Shown here piece by piece: positions 7,820 through 16,719 of a stretch of DNA of 17,581 bases. Source of the stretch: an uncultured archaeon. Lineage in GTDB: Archaea > Asgardarchaeota > Thorarchaeia > Thorarchaeales > Thorarchaeaceae. A program made the translations under genes and the position numbers. The first letter of the stretch is position 1; every line of letters begins with the position of its first letter. The notes under the pieces were generated by a model. That model was not told the DNA's origin. It was given only the letters and a program-made list of their open reading frames with translations, and did not search any database. The DNA lies in the NCBI GenBank assembly GCA_964610875.1, contig CAZSWP010000029.1:32410-49990 (forward strand). The letters run 5' to 3'.

Positions 7820-8179
7820 CTAAGCTAGATGTTTCTCGAAAGCCTGAAGAAGTACCTCTGCACGAATTGGTTTTGTAAGAAAATCAAGTGCCCCAGAATC
7901 AATTGCTTCACCATAGACCGATTCATCTGCACTTATGAATATGATATTCAATGAGGGATCTATTCTTTTCATCTCTTTGGTGGCTACTGCTCCATTCATA
8001 ATTGGCATACGATGGTCCATGAGGATGACATCCGGTTTTGGATGCATTTTGACTATCTGTTCTAGTGCCTCCATCCCATTGTATGCATGTCCCACAACAT
8101 TATGGCCTTTGATATCTAGAATCCGTTCAAGTACTTTATGTAGAAACTTGTCATCATCTACAATCATAACTGATACCAT
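7820..8179 (-). CDS. Stand-alone CheY-like response regulator (receiver only)
   Basis: IVDDD acidic pocket, phosphoacceptor in ILMDHRMPIMNG, Ser in ISAD, conserved KP; SD GGAGGT at 8197-8192. Confidence 0.95.
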   Translation of the reverse strand: MVSVMIVDDDKFLHKVLERILDIKGHNVVGHAYNGMEALEQIVKMHPKPDVILMDHRMPIMNGAVATKEMKRIDPSLNIIFISADESVYGEAIDSGALDFLTKPIRAEVLLQAFEKHLA

Positions 8180-8181
8180 TA

Positions 8182-9282
8182 TTAAGCTTCGACCTCCTGA
8201 CTAGAAAATTGCTGTTTTGGTGCCTGCCGTATTAGAATCACAAAATTCGTTCCTTTGGTGTAGTCACCATCAACTCTGTCTTCCACGCGAATATAGCCGC
8301 CATAATTCTCAATAATCTTTTTCACCAGTGTGAGTCCCAATCCTACTCCAAGGATACTGTCCTTTTCATGACTGAGTCTGGAAAAAACTGTTTCTTTATC
8401 AGCATCTGGAATACCCGGACCATAATCTCTAATCTGTACTCTAAGAAATGGAGTATGTTCAATCTCTTCTGCATCTATTTCAACTTTGACATCAGTACTA
8501 TCACCAAATTTCATTGAATTGTGAAGCAGGCTAAATAGGACATCATCAAAGTATTCATCAGCCTCTACAAAATAATTGTTAGGTGGTATTCTTACATCGA
8601 GGTTCAACTTTTTGTCGGGAAATTCCCTTTCGATAGCAGGCTTTATTTCTTGTATCGCTGAATGCAAATCATAGGTTTTTTGTTGGGGAGTGGCTGCGTA
8701 TAATCGACTTATTTTTCTTACATTAGATATTAGTCGTGAAGACCGTTCGATTTCATGAACTCCCTCTTTTATTAGACTCTCAAGATGATTTGGCATCGCT
8801 GAATCAAATAATAACACATCAAAGACAGAGAGAATTTCCTGATTGATATTAGTAAGATCATGGACCATTAAGTCCACTAAAAACTCCGCCCTGATACGAG
8901 CATCTTCTAGTTGTTTCTCAGTCTGTTTCTTATCAGTTATATCTCTAAAGAAACCAGTAATGCCAATGATTTTTCCATTCTCTTGCCGGGGGAAGATATT
9001 TCCTTTGACATAGACTCTTTCCATATCTTTTGTTAGGAAGGTCATTTCGATATCTGTCAAGTATTCGCCACTGAGAATAGACTCTGTAATTTCCTGATGT
9101 TGTTTTAGATGCCCCGGGAATAGAATATCTGTTATATTTAGTTCATCGGCTTCTTGAGTACTATATCCCAACGTTTCTAACCAAGAACGATTCACAAATT
9201 CGAAATTCCCGTCCTTTGTAGTACTATAAATCAGGTCGTTCGTCCCTTCGATTAAAGATACAATGAGTTGTAGATTTTCCAA
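8182..9282 (-). CDS. PAS-domain histidine kinase
   Basis: PAS (DLIY...VNRSWLETLGY...RDIT); H-box VHDLTN; N-box HNSMKF; G1 DYGPG; G2 GVGLG; TTG start with an upstream GGGGG; stop 2 nt before the receiver ATG. Confidence 0.92.
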   Translation of the reverse strand: MENLQLIVSLIEGTNDLIYSTTKDGNFEFVNRSWLETLGYSTQEADELNITDILFPGHLKQHQEITESILSGEYLTDIEMTFLTKDMERVYVKGNIFPRQENGKIIGITGFFRDITDKKQTEKQLEDARIRAEFLVDLMVHDLTNINQEILSVFDVLLFDSAMPNHLESLIKEGVHEIERSSRLISNVRKISRLYAATPQQKTYDLHSAIQEIKPAIEREFPDKKLNLDVRIPPNNYFVEADEYFDDVLFSLLHNSMKFGDSTDVKVEIDAEEIEHTPFLRVQIRDYGPGIPDADKETVFSRLSHEKDSILGVGLGLTLVKKIIENYGGYIRVEDRVDGDYTKGTNFVILIRQAPKQQFSSQEVEA

Positions 9283-9457
9283 CTGATGGGCAACCCCCTA
9301 TACAATTCTAAGACACATTTATCCTTCAATTATTTTTTGAAGTTATGAATATATTGTGTATGTAGATTCACAAGACCCATTCAACAATATGGAAGCAATG
9401 ATTCTTGTCTTGAAATACCTGATTTCTCTGCATTAGAATATCATATAAATTAGTGAA

Positions 9458-12400
9458 TCATCCTCCATTAGATTTCAAGAAGCGAATTTGGAAGGTTGTT
9501 CCTAGTGTACTGTTATTCGGTATTCTATCTTGAACTTCTATCTCAGCTTTTATCGTGTCTGCGATTTGAAGGGCTTGATGAAGACCAATTCCTCCATACC
9601 TTCTACTCTTGTCAAAAAGGAACTCCTTTCTTAAATCGTCAATCCCTATTCCGTTATCTGATATTCTGACTTCATATTTATCATCAAGTTCATCTATTGA
9701 TAACCATACTTCTTTCTGTTCGCTTGTATTATGAACTATGGAATTTTCAATGATATTGGTCAATATAAGATGTACATATTCATTACCAAGTATAGCAGCT
9801 TCCTGACTCATCCCAGATGTGTTTACTACTACATCATTAAGGATGTCTGAAGTGTTATCAAGAGCCTTTCTCACTTCATCGGTCAATGATATTGTAACTA
9901 TTGAGGAATCGTAGATACCTTCTGTCTTCTTGACCTGTGTGATTAAAGCTGAACATCTATTTACAATGTTTCTCATTTCATCGAATCCCTTTCCTGATAT
10001 TTCACTCGTAGATTCGATAATATCTAGTCCAATTAACAAACCCTGTAAATAATTACGAATATCGTGCCCCATAAGATCCATGAGTAGAATCGTGGATTCT
10101 TCAGCTTTTTTCAATTGTGTAATATCTCTGAATACCCACACTCTGAATAATACATCCTTTTCAAGTTGAATTGGTGTTGTATATACGTCAAGAATTGTAC
10201 CATTAACAAGGTACAATGATTCCACTCTAGTTTCTAGATTTTCATCAATGCTTCTTGTGAATTCTATGAACTCTGAAGGTTCGTTCAGTTTCGATGCCAG
10301 GCCATATAATACGGAATCAATAGAAGTTTCGTTATTTTCAATATGATCAATGTTCCAGATAGCTGAAAAACGGCTATTTGCATGAATGATTCTACCATCT
10401 GAATCTTGGACAAGAATTCCTTCATTTATTGAAGCTATGGTGTTCTTGAAGATAGCTTGTTCTCTTCTCAATATCTCAGCTCTTCTTTTTGATTCTGTCA
10501 TATCCGAAAAGATGGTATAGACTGAGGTTGGCTGCTTTGTGTCTTCACCAAACAACGGAACCGCATCGATGCGAATCCATCGATATTCTTTCATTCTTGG
10601 ATTATAGACCCCCATAACAACATCCTTAATCTGTTTCCCAGTTCGGAGGGCTGCCATGGAAGGATGTTGATCACCTGGAAACACCTCGCCATTTTCCGTC
10701 TTTGCTTGCCAGATATGGCTATCTGACATTCTTCCTTTCATTTCTTCAAATGTCTGACCAAGGATTTTTTCAGCAGCAGGATTTGCAAAGAGTATCACTC
10801 CTTGATTGTCTTGATATATTACACCTTGAGTCATTGTTTCATATAGCATTCTATAGCGTTTTTCATTCTCTTCAAGATCCATCTGTGTTTCAATTTCATT
10901 TGTAATATCAAGGATTACTCCTTCAAGGTACTTTACTTCACCGTCATCTCCAAAACTCCCACTTCCAATTTCACGAACCCATCTGACCCTTGTATCACTA
11001 TGAATTACTCGATATTTGAGTTGGAACTGCTTTCTTTCTACTACTGCTTCATGTATTGTATTCCAAACATATCTTGCATCTTCAGGATGGATTATACTAT
11101 GATATGATCTTCGTTTGTTTTTGATGAAATCTGACGGAGGGAATCCAACTATTTCTTCTATCGCATCACTGAGAAATAGCATTGTCCATTTGGTATACAT
11201 TCGACATCTATAAACTGCTCCGGGTATATTAGAAACTAGGATCCTATAATTTTCTACTGTTCTTTCAAGACCTTTCTTTGCGAAGACTTCTTTGGTCATA
11301 TCAATCGATGAAATCAATGATACTGGTTTACCATCGAACTCAATCAGCACCGCTGAATTTCTCAACCAAACAACCGAGCCATCTTTTCTGATTGACCTGA
11401 CAGTATACTCATTTGGAGCATCCAGATCTCTCACTCTTCTCTTAATGAATTCCAACATGATGCTCCTATCATCAGGATGAATTAGACGCTCAATCTCTTT
11501 GGATTCCATTTGTAGTAGTTCTGAGGTGTCATAGCCCAAGAACTTCCCAAAGGCATCGTTTACATAAAGAAATCTAAGTGGAGTGGCTTGCATGATTTGG
11601 ATGCCTTGTAGAGAAGAATCAGCTAGGGTGCGGTACCTTTCTTCACTCTTTGTAAGTGTCGTCAATGCATCATCAAGATGTTGTCGTATATGAATGGAAC
11701 TGATTCCAAAAGCCAGATTATTAGCAATTTCCTCGAGTAGTAATCCTTCTTGTTTGGAAAAACTATCAGGATTTGATGTAAGAATCAACATAAAACCATA
11801 CACATTGGTATCAAGAATCAGAGGAAGCACTATAGACCCTATACAACCATTCTCTTTTAAGAACTCTATCCAAGATACAGGTTTCTTTTCTTTAGTTGAA
11901 ATACTAGACGTAACTGGTGAATGGGTTAGTATTGCTTCAACGATGGGATTTGTTTCTTTATTCTCATCCATTTCTTTCAGAAGCGTTTTGGTAATGTTAT
12001 CAACAGAACCTGCAAAAGTCATAATGTCAGGCTCTCCATTTTCAAGGCGACCAATCACTGCAGCTACATAACCTGCATCTTCTACTATTATCTTAACAAT
12101 AGCATCATAGAGATTCTTCTCAGAGTCTAGCCTAATTATAGTTTGATTGCATCTACTGAGAGCTTTTTGGGTTTTTATTAGCCTGACTTCATATTCTTTT
12201 CTTTGTGTGATATCCATTCCGGAACTTAGCGTTCCAATAATATTTCCATCCTCTGAACTGATTACCGTATTTCGCCAAGCTATGGTTCTTACTGAACCAT
12301 CGTCGAGTACTATATCATTTTCAACAAATCTGTATGGCTCAATATTTCCCTCAACAATGTTTTCATGAATAGCCATTATCTCGTTCTTGTCAGATTCTCT

Positions 12401-13723
12401 TAAGAACTCATCAAACCAGTTTTTTCCAATTATTGAATCCATATCGAGCTGTAGGATTTCAGAGAGTTTTGGATTTCCCGATGTTATGTTCCCATTCCTA
12501 TCTAATATAAGAAATATCACATCAGCAACGTCAAAATACATCTTGGCTTTGACTTCAGCATCTCGTCTTTCTTTTTCAGCCCTTACATTCTCAGTAATAT
12601 CAGTAAGAACAAAAATTCCATTAAGAAATGGCGAATCACTTCTTGAATTAGCTTCTCCTTGAAGTATTACTTCTCTGTACGAGCCTTTTTTTGTCTTAAT
12701 CTTTAAAGTATTAGCATAGATGTGCCCTGATTTTCGCCAGGTTTTGTTTTTTTCCTTCAACACCGCGAAATGCTCATTATGAAATAACTGGATGAAAGAT
12801 TTACCGATGAGGTCGGATTTTTGATATCCAAGCTTATCTCTAGCTGTATCATTAAAATCCAATATATATCCATTTCTAGATATCAGGAAGCAATAAACGG
12901 GGAGACCATTGAAAAATCTTTCAAATCTTTTCTCTGAGGCAAGGAATTGCTTTTCTGCATCCATTAGTTTACTGATATCTTTAAGGACAACAAGTCTTGT
13001 ATTGTATTGACCAATCGGACATGGGGCTCCAGTTGCTAATACTGAGATTGATGAGCCATTCTTCCTTATGAGTGAAAGAACAAATGGATATGTTGTTTCT
13101 TTATCGACGTATTCTCTTATTCGTTGTCGATCCTTCCTTTCAAAAAGATCGAGTGCATTGGAGCCTATCAAATTCTCCTTCTTTTTGTCTGTCATTATTG
13201 CTAGACTTTTGCTAGTAGAAAGAATTCTAAACTCCTCATGAAGAAATGCTGCATATCCCGGCACAGATGATAAGACGGATACTGCATCACACCAAGTGTC
13301 GAGTATTTCTTTTTCTTCTGATAATTCGGGAATCATCAAATGAAGATAATAACCTGAGTTATTATCATCTTCGGGATATTTCAATAGATAACAATGAATA
13401 TCGGAAATATTAGATAAGCTCTCTTCTTCAAACCTTTTTGCTTCTTCTGATATCTCTAGCCCGTAGTATACAAGCAAGCCATTATCAACAAGTTCTTTTG
13501 TTTGATTCCACTTGAGAACAGGATACAATATTTCATCGATTCCTCTGTGATTAGCTGATATTTCCCCAACAAAATTATCTGCCAATATATTACTAAATAT
13601 GCAAAAACCATTAATATCAAAAAATTGAACTCCCACACTCAATTTATTGTACTTTTCTTCATTAATGGGTGTTTTTTTTTTGGGCTCAGTCCCATGACAT
13701 GTATTTTCCCCCATATGCATCAA
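9458..13723 (-). CDS. Giant cytoplasmic multi-PAS/GAF histidine kinase
   Basis: Seven PAS/PAC repeats ending DIS/DIT/DMT plus a degenerate N-terminal PAS, one GAF (...EIANNLAFGI), H-box GHDIRN, N-box NIIENSIVHN, G1 DNGIG, G2 GGIGL. Exact start uncertain (TTG 13723, ATG 13720 or ATG 13714). Confidence 0.93.
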   Translation of the reverse strand: MMHMGENTCHGTEPKKKTPINEEKYNKLSVGVQFFDINGFCIFSNILADNFVGEISANHRGIDEILYPVLKWNQTKELVDNGLLVYYGLEISEEAKRFEEESLSNISDIHCYLLKYPEDDNNSGYYLHLMIPELSEEKEILDTWCDAVSVLSSVPGYAAFLHEEFRILSTSKSLAIMTDKKKENLIGSNALDLFERKDRQRIREYVDKETTYPFVLSLIRKNGSSISVLATGAPCPIGQYNTRLVVLKDISKLMDAEKQFLASEKRFERFFNGLPVYCFLISRNGYILDFNDTARDKLGYQKSDLIGKSFIQLFHNEHFAVLKEKNKTWRKSGHIYANTLKIKTKKGSYREVILQGEANSRSDSPFLNGIFVLTDITENVRAEKERRDAEVKAKMYFDVADVIFLILDRNGNITSGNPKLSEILQLDMDSIIGKNWFDEFLRESDKNEIMAIHENIVEGNIEPYRFVENDIVLDDGSVRTIAWRNTVISSEDGNIIGTLSSGMDITQRKEYEVRLIKTQKALSRCNQTIIRLDSEKNLYDAIVKIIVEDAGYVAAVIGRLENGEPDIMTFAGSVDNITKTLLKEMDENKETNPIVEAILTHSPVTSSISTKEKKPVSWIEFLKENGCIGSIVLPLILDTNVYGFMLILTSNPDSFSKQEGLLLEEIANNLAFGISSIHIRQHLDDALTTLTKSEERYRTLADSSLQGIQIMQATPLRFLYVNDAFGKFLGYDTSELLQMESKEIERLIHPDDRSIMLEFIKRRVRDLDAPNEYTVRSIRKDGSVVWLRNSAVLIEFDGKPVSLISSIDMTKEVFAKKGLERTVENYRILVSNIPGAVYRCRMYTKWTMLFLSDAIEEIVGFPPSDFIKNKRRSYHSIIHPEDARYVWNTIHEAVVERKQFQLKYRVIHSDTRVRWVREIGSGSFGDDGEVKYLEGVILDITNEIETQMDLEENEKRYRMLYETMTQGVIYQDNQGVILFANPAAEKILGQTFEEMKGRMSDSHIWQAKTENGEVFPGDQHPSMAALRTGKQIKDVVMGVYNPRMKEYRWIRIDAVPLFGEDTKQPTSVYTIFSDMTESKRRAEILRREQAIFKNTIASINEGILVQDSDGRIIHANSRFSAIWNIDHIENNETSIDSVLYGLASKLNEPSEFIEFTRSIDENLETRVESLYLVNGTILDVYTTPIQLEKDVLFRVWVFRDITQLKKAEESTILLMDLMGHDIRNYLQGLLIGLDIIESTSEISGKGFDEMRNIVNRCSALITQVKKTEGIYDSSIVTISLTDEVRKALDNTSDILNDVVVNTSGMSQEAAILGNEYVHLILTNIIENSIVHNTSEQKEVWLSIDELDDKYEVRISDNGIGIDDLRKEFLFDKSRRYGGIGLHQALQIADTIKAEIEVQDRIPNNSTLGTTFQIRFLKSNGG
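13672..13681 (-). repeat. A10 homopolymer in the 5' end of the giant kinase
   Basis: T10 on the + strand, encoding P-K-K-K-T; the longest mononucleotide run I noticed in the window. Confidence 0.9.
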
Positions 13724-14168
13724 CCAGTCATTTATATATTACATTTGTTGCAAATTAATACTTTAGGTTTTTGTTGCTGAACTCGTTTCAATATCCTCTG
13801 AACCTGGATTCCTAGATGCAGTTCTAGGAGAGTTCAGTTCTTAAGGTGCGATTTTCAAACATAACCGTCACTAGATAATACTTTTTGATTGATTTTCTTC
13901 AAAATTATGGCATAGTCATACCTTTCATGAGTGAATTTTATTATGTTCTGTTTATAGTTATTCAGCTAAGCGAATTGCTTTAATCCATTTTGATACGTTT
14001 TCCATTCAAATGACTTTGCTTCAAACTTTAGATATTTGCCAAGACATGTGAGTTAGGAGCAGTTCCACAGAGTCTTAGTAAACTATGAACCGTGTTATTG
14101 TCTAGTGTCGCGATATAAGCAATTCATTAGTTTGAGGTTTCTAGAAGGAAATATGTGTCTGAGTTTAT

Positions 14169-14591
14169 TCAATCAGACTTCATGAGGGCAATCATAGCCT
14201 CTCCATCGAGAACGGCCTTATCGTCTTGATTTGTGCATGTGGTTTTTAGGGTCACTCGTTCCTTTTCATCGCTTAACTCTATAATCTCGACACGCGCAGT
14301 AATAGTATCCCCAATCCTAACAGGACGTAGAAACTTCATTGACTGTCCAAGATATATTGTTCCTGGACCGGGAAGTTTCATCCCGATTGCTGTACTGATG
14401 AATGCAGCAGTGAGAATGCCATGAGCTATCCTTCCCTTGAATATTGTGGTCTTTGCCCACACCTCATCAAAATGTAAAGGATTATAATCACCACTCAAGT
14501 CGCCGAAAGTTTTGATGTCTTCCTCTGTTACAGTATGAACAACCTCTGCAAATTGTCCTATCGCCAAGTCTGAATATTTGGTTACCTTCAT
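14169..14591 (-). CDS. MaoC/PhaJ-family (R)-specific enoyl-CoA hydratase
   Basis: Hydratase-2 motif FGDLSGDYNPLH...IAHG, LPGPGTIY, PVRIGD; ATG 14591 with SD GGAGTG at 14603-14598. Confidence 0.93.
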   Translation of the reverse strand: MKVTKYSDLAIGQFAEVVHTVTEEDIKTFGDLSGDYNPLHFDEVWAKTTIFKGRIAHGILTAAFISTAIGMKLPGPGTIYLGQSMKFLRPVRIGDTITARVEIIELSDEKERVTLKTTCTNQDDKAVLDGEAMIALMKSD

Positions 14592-14596
14592 TATGT

Positions 14597-14899
14597 TCAC
14601 TCCTTTTTCATTTGGCATCAATCAATCGTCATTGCATTCCAAGACCATCCAATTCCTGCGGCAGTCAAAACAACCACATCTCCATCTTTGACCTTCCCGC
14701 TCTTAAAACCCTCTTCTAATGAAACGATGGAATCATTTTGGCCCATATGCCCCCACTCATCGAAGTAAGTGGACTGGTCATATCGATGCACACCACATTC
14801 TTTTGCCACGTACTCGAATGCACTTCGCTTCATACGAATCAAGCCTAGATAATCAATATCTTCTCTTGTATATCCGCCCTTTTCTAACGACTCATTCCA
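14597..14899 (-). pseudogene. C-terminal remnant of a 3-oxoacyl-ACP synthase III (FabH)-like gene, 'HMKRS/GH' subfamily
   Basis: Frame reads ESLEKGGYTREDIDYLGLIRMKRSAF...YFDEWGHMGQND...KDGDVVVLTAAGIGWSW. The N-terminal two thirds with the catalytic Cys is absent (TAA at 14902-14900). The catalytic His position is Arg (CGT). TGA at 14620-14618 sits where the terminal Trp is expected; the next stop is at 14599-14597. Confidence 0.82.
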
Positions 14900-15101
14900 T
14901 TATAATAGGAATAACTCTTTGGATTGAGATTTATATAAGGAAATATTTTGATTCTTAGTAGTTGTTTCGTATACTAATTGAGTATAGCCGGATTTACGTC
15001 CATTAATGAATGAATCCGAGATTTTACCATTCAGAAGAAGACTCTAATAGCCGCTTGTATTATCATAACAGCTAAGCAGTTGAAAAACTGGAGGTTGAGA
15101 T

Positions 15102-16370
15102 TTGGTGGAAAGTGATGTTTCTACAAGTACTTCAGGCGTATCTAAACGATACATGATTTTTCTAGTAATCGTTATGGGTCTAGTGAGTAATCTTGATTCA
15201 TGGTTGTCTTTAATAGAATCAAAAGCTCTCACAGGTATCCTTGCGGATTTCTGGGGAATAACTGGATCAAGTAGTGCTGCAGAAGTGGCAGCTGCTCAGA
15301 GTGAGTTTGCATTCTGGCAGGGTGTCTTTGGAATAATTGTATTCGGTGTCTTCTTCATTGCATGGTTTGCTGATGCATATGGGCGAAGAAAGGGTATGAT
15401 GCTACTGGTATTAGTGATGGGTGTTCCTACTATCCTCATTGTTGTATTACCAATGAGCCTTTACCTTTTCCTCTTACTGTACTCTATTGTAATAATGGGA
15501 ACGACTTCAAACCTATGGGAAATCCCAATTTCTGAAGAGGCACCTGCAGTAAGTAGAGGAATGTATGGTAGTGCTGCGTTCCTTATTGGTGTAATACCAT
15601 TATATGCAATCCTAGGTACATCGATCATTGATAGCTTTGGCTGGCAGTGGGGTTATGGAGTCATGTTCTTCTTAATGATTGTACTAATGATTCTTCTATT
15701 CTTTATGAAAGAGCCACAGAGGTGGATAGATGCACATGCGAAGAGAGAGAACAAGCTGGGAGTAATGGATGCTCTGAGATGTTTAAGAACAGAAGACTAC
15801 AAGTATATCATCATTGCAACTACGGTCTATTTGACGTGGACTATTTCCTTCAAGATGGCTACAACATTTGGTGGTTCTTACTTTGTAAATGTCCTAAATT
15901 ACTCAGAAACAGAGTTCAATTCGATTCTCACAGTAGCAGGACTACTCTTACCTGTGAGTGCTCTCATATCGGGTATTCTACTTGATAAGGGCGGAAGGAA
16001 CTTAGTCCTTGTCATAGGTTCATTAGGTTCTATTTCGACTCTGGTTCTATTAGGATTCACGGGATTGCCTATGATGTATCAGGGAGCCTACTTTTTCATG
16101 GCAATGTTGCTGGCATGGATCTATGTCTACATAGCTGAGATATTCCCGAATGAAGTTAGGTCCACAAGTGTGGGTGTGTGTATAACGGGGGCACGGTTCG
16201 GGTATGTTGTGGGCCCATTATTATCATCTCTCTTGATTACACTATTTGCTGATATGGTAGGATTCTGGGCATTTGCAGGGATTTTACTTATAGTGCCTCT
16301 CTTCACGTTGGTAGCAAGACCCCTCGAAACAAAGGGGAAGACACTAGAAGAGATTGAAACTGAAAGATAG
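15102..16370 (+). CDS. MFS transporter (sugar-porter/aromatic-acid-symporter-like)
   Basis: About 12 TM segments; motif A ADAYGRRK; LDKGGRN; AEIFPNEVRS; C-terminal ETKGKTLEEI; SD GGAGGT at 15090-15095. Confidence 0.93.
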   Translation: MVESDVSTSTSGVSKRYMIFLVIVMGLVSNLDSWLSLIESKALTGILADFWGITGSSSAAEVAAAQSEFAFWQGVFGIIVFGVFFIAWFADAYGRRKGMMLLVLVMGVPTILIVVLPMSLYLFLLLYSIVIMGTTSNLWEIPISEEAPAVSRGMYGSAAFLIGVIPLYAILGTSIIDSFGWQWGYGVMFFLMIVLMILLFFMKEPQRWIDAHAKRENKLGVMDALRCLRTEDYKYIIIATTVYLTWTISFKMATTFGGSYFVNVLNYSETEFNSILTVAGLLLPVSALISGILLDKGGRNLVLVIGSLGSISTLVLLGFTGLPMMYQGAYFFMAMLLAWIYVYIAEIFPNEVRSTSVGVCITGARFGYVVGPLLSSLLITLFADMVGFWAFAGILLIVPLFTLVARPLETKGKTLEEIETER

Positions 16371-16380
16371 GTCCGAGCTA

Positions 16381-16416
16381 GAGAGTAAGCACATCTGGTG
16401 CTTCTCTCCTCTTTTT
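16381..16416 (+). terminator. Hairpin plus T-tract terminator after the MFS gene
   Basis: GAGAG(T)AAGCAC-atctg-GTGCTTCTCTC (11-bp stem with one bulge, 16381-16408), then T5 at 16412-16416. Confidence 0.65.
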
Positions 16417-16587
16417 ATTATCAATGTCTATTTGAAAGAAGGAAAAGAGAAACGTAGCAATCTCAGCAAAGTATTACTTAGAATCTTCTTCAAGCCAGAA
16501 ATCAATCTATTGTTCTCTTGTGATACTACATAACTTGGATTTAGCTGCTTCTTGAACGTAAAGGTGTAGATTTAGATTCAGAGTGGT

Positions 16588-16719
16588 TTGCAAGAGATTG
16601 AAGAAATCAAGACAGTAATAATGGAATATGTAGAAGGTGTCGCTGACTTTGATTTTCAAGAGGGAATATATCCTTGGCATCCAGAGGGCTTGAAATTTTC
16701 CTATGATCCTAATGCATGA
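16588..16719 (+). pseudogene. N-terminal stub of an NTF2/SnoaL-like (lumazine-binding-type) protein; below the ORF-track length cutoff
   Basis: Manual translation: (M)QEIEEIKTVIMEYVEGVADFDFQEGIYPWHPEGLKFSYDPNA*. This matches the 'I..vi..Y..G....D.......fHP.a' start of NTF2-like proteins and stops after 43 aa. Confidence 0.55.

Noticed and set aside
7820-8179. Naming the receiver cheY
   Set aside because: No cheA/W/R/B, MCP or archaellum genes are in the window; it is a generic receiver.
13840-14168. Gene remnant in the long gap between the giant kinase and maoC
   Set aside because: The frames I translated gave only short stretches with no recognisable motif.
14618-14620. In-frame TGA as selenocysteine
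   Set aside because: The position corresponds to Trp, not Cys; the gene is otherwise broken; no SECIS-like element was recognised.
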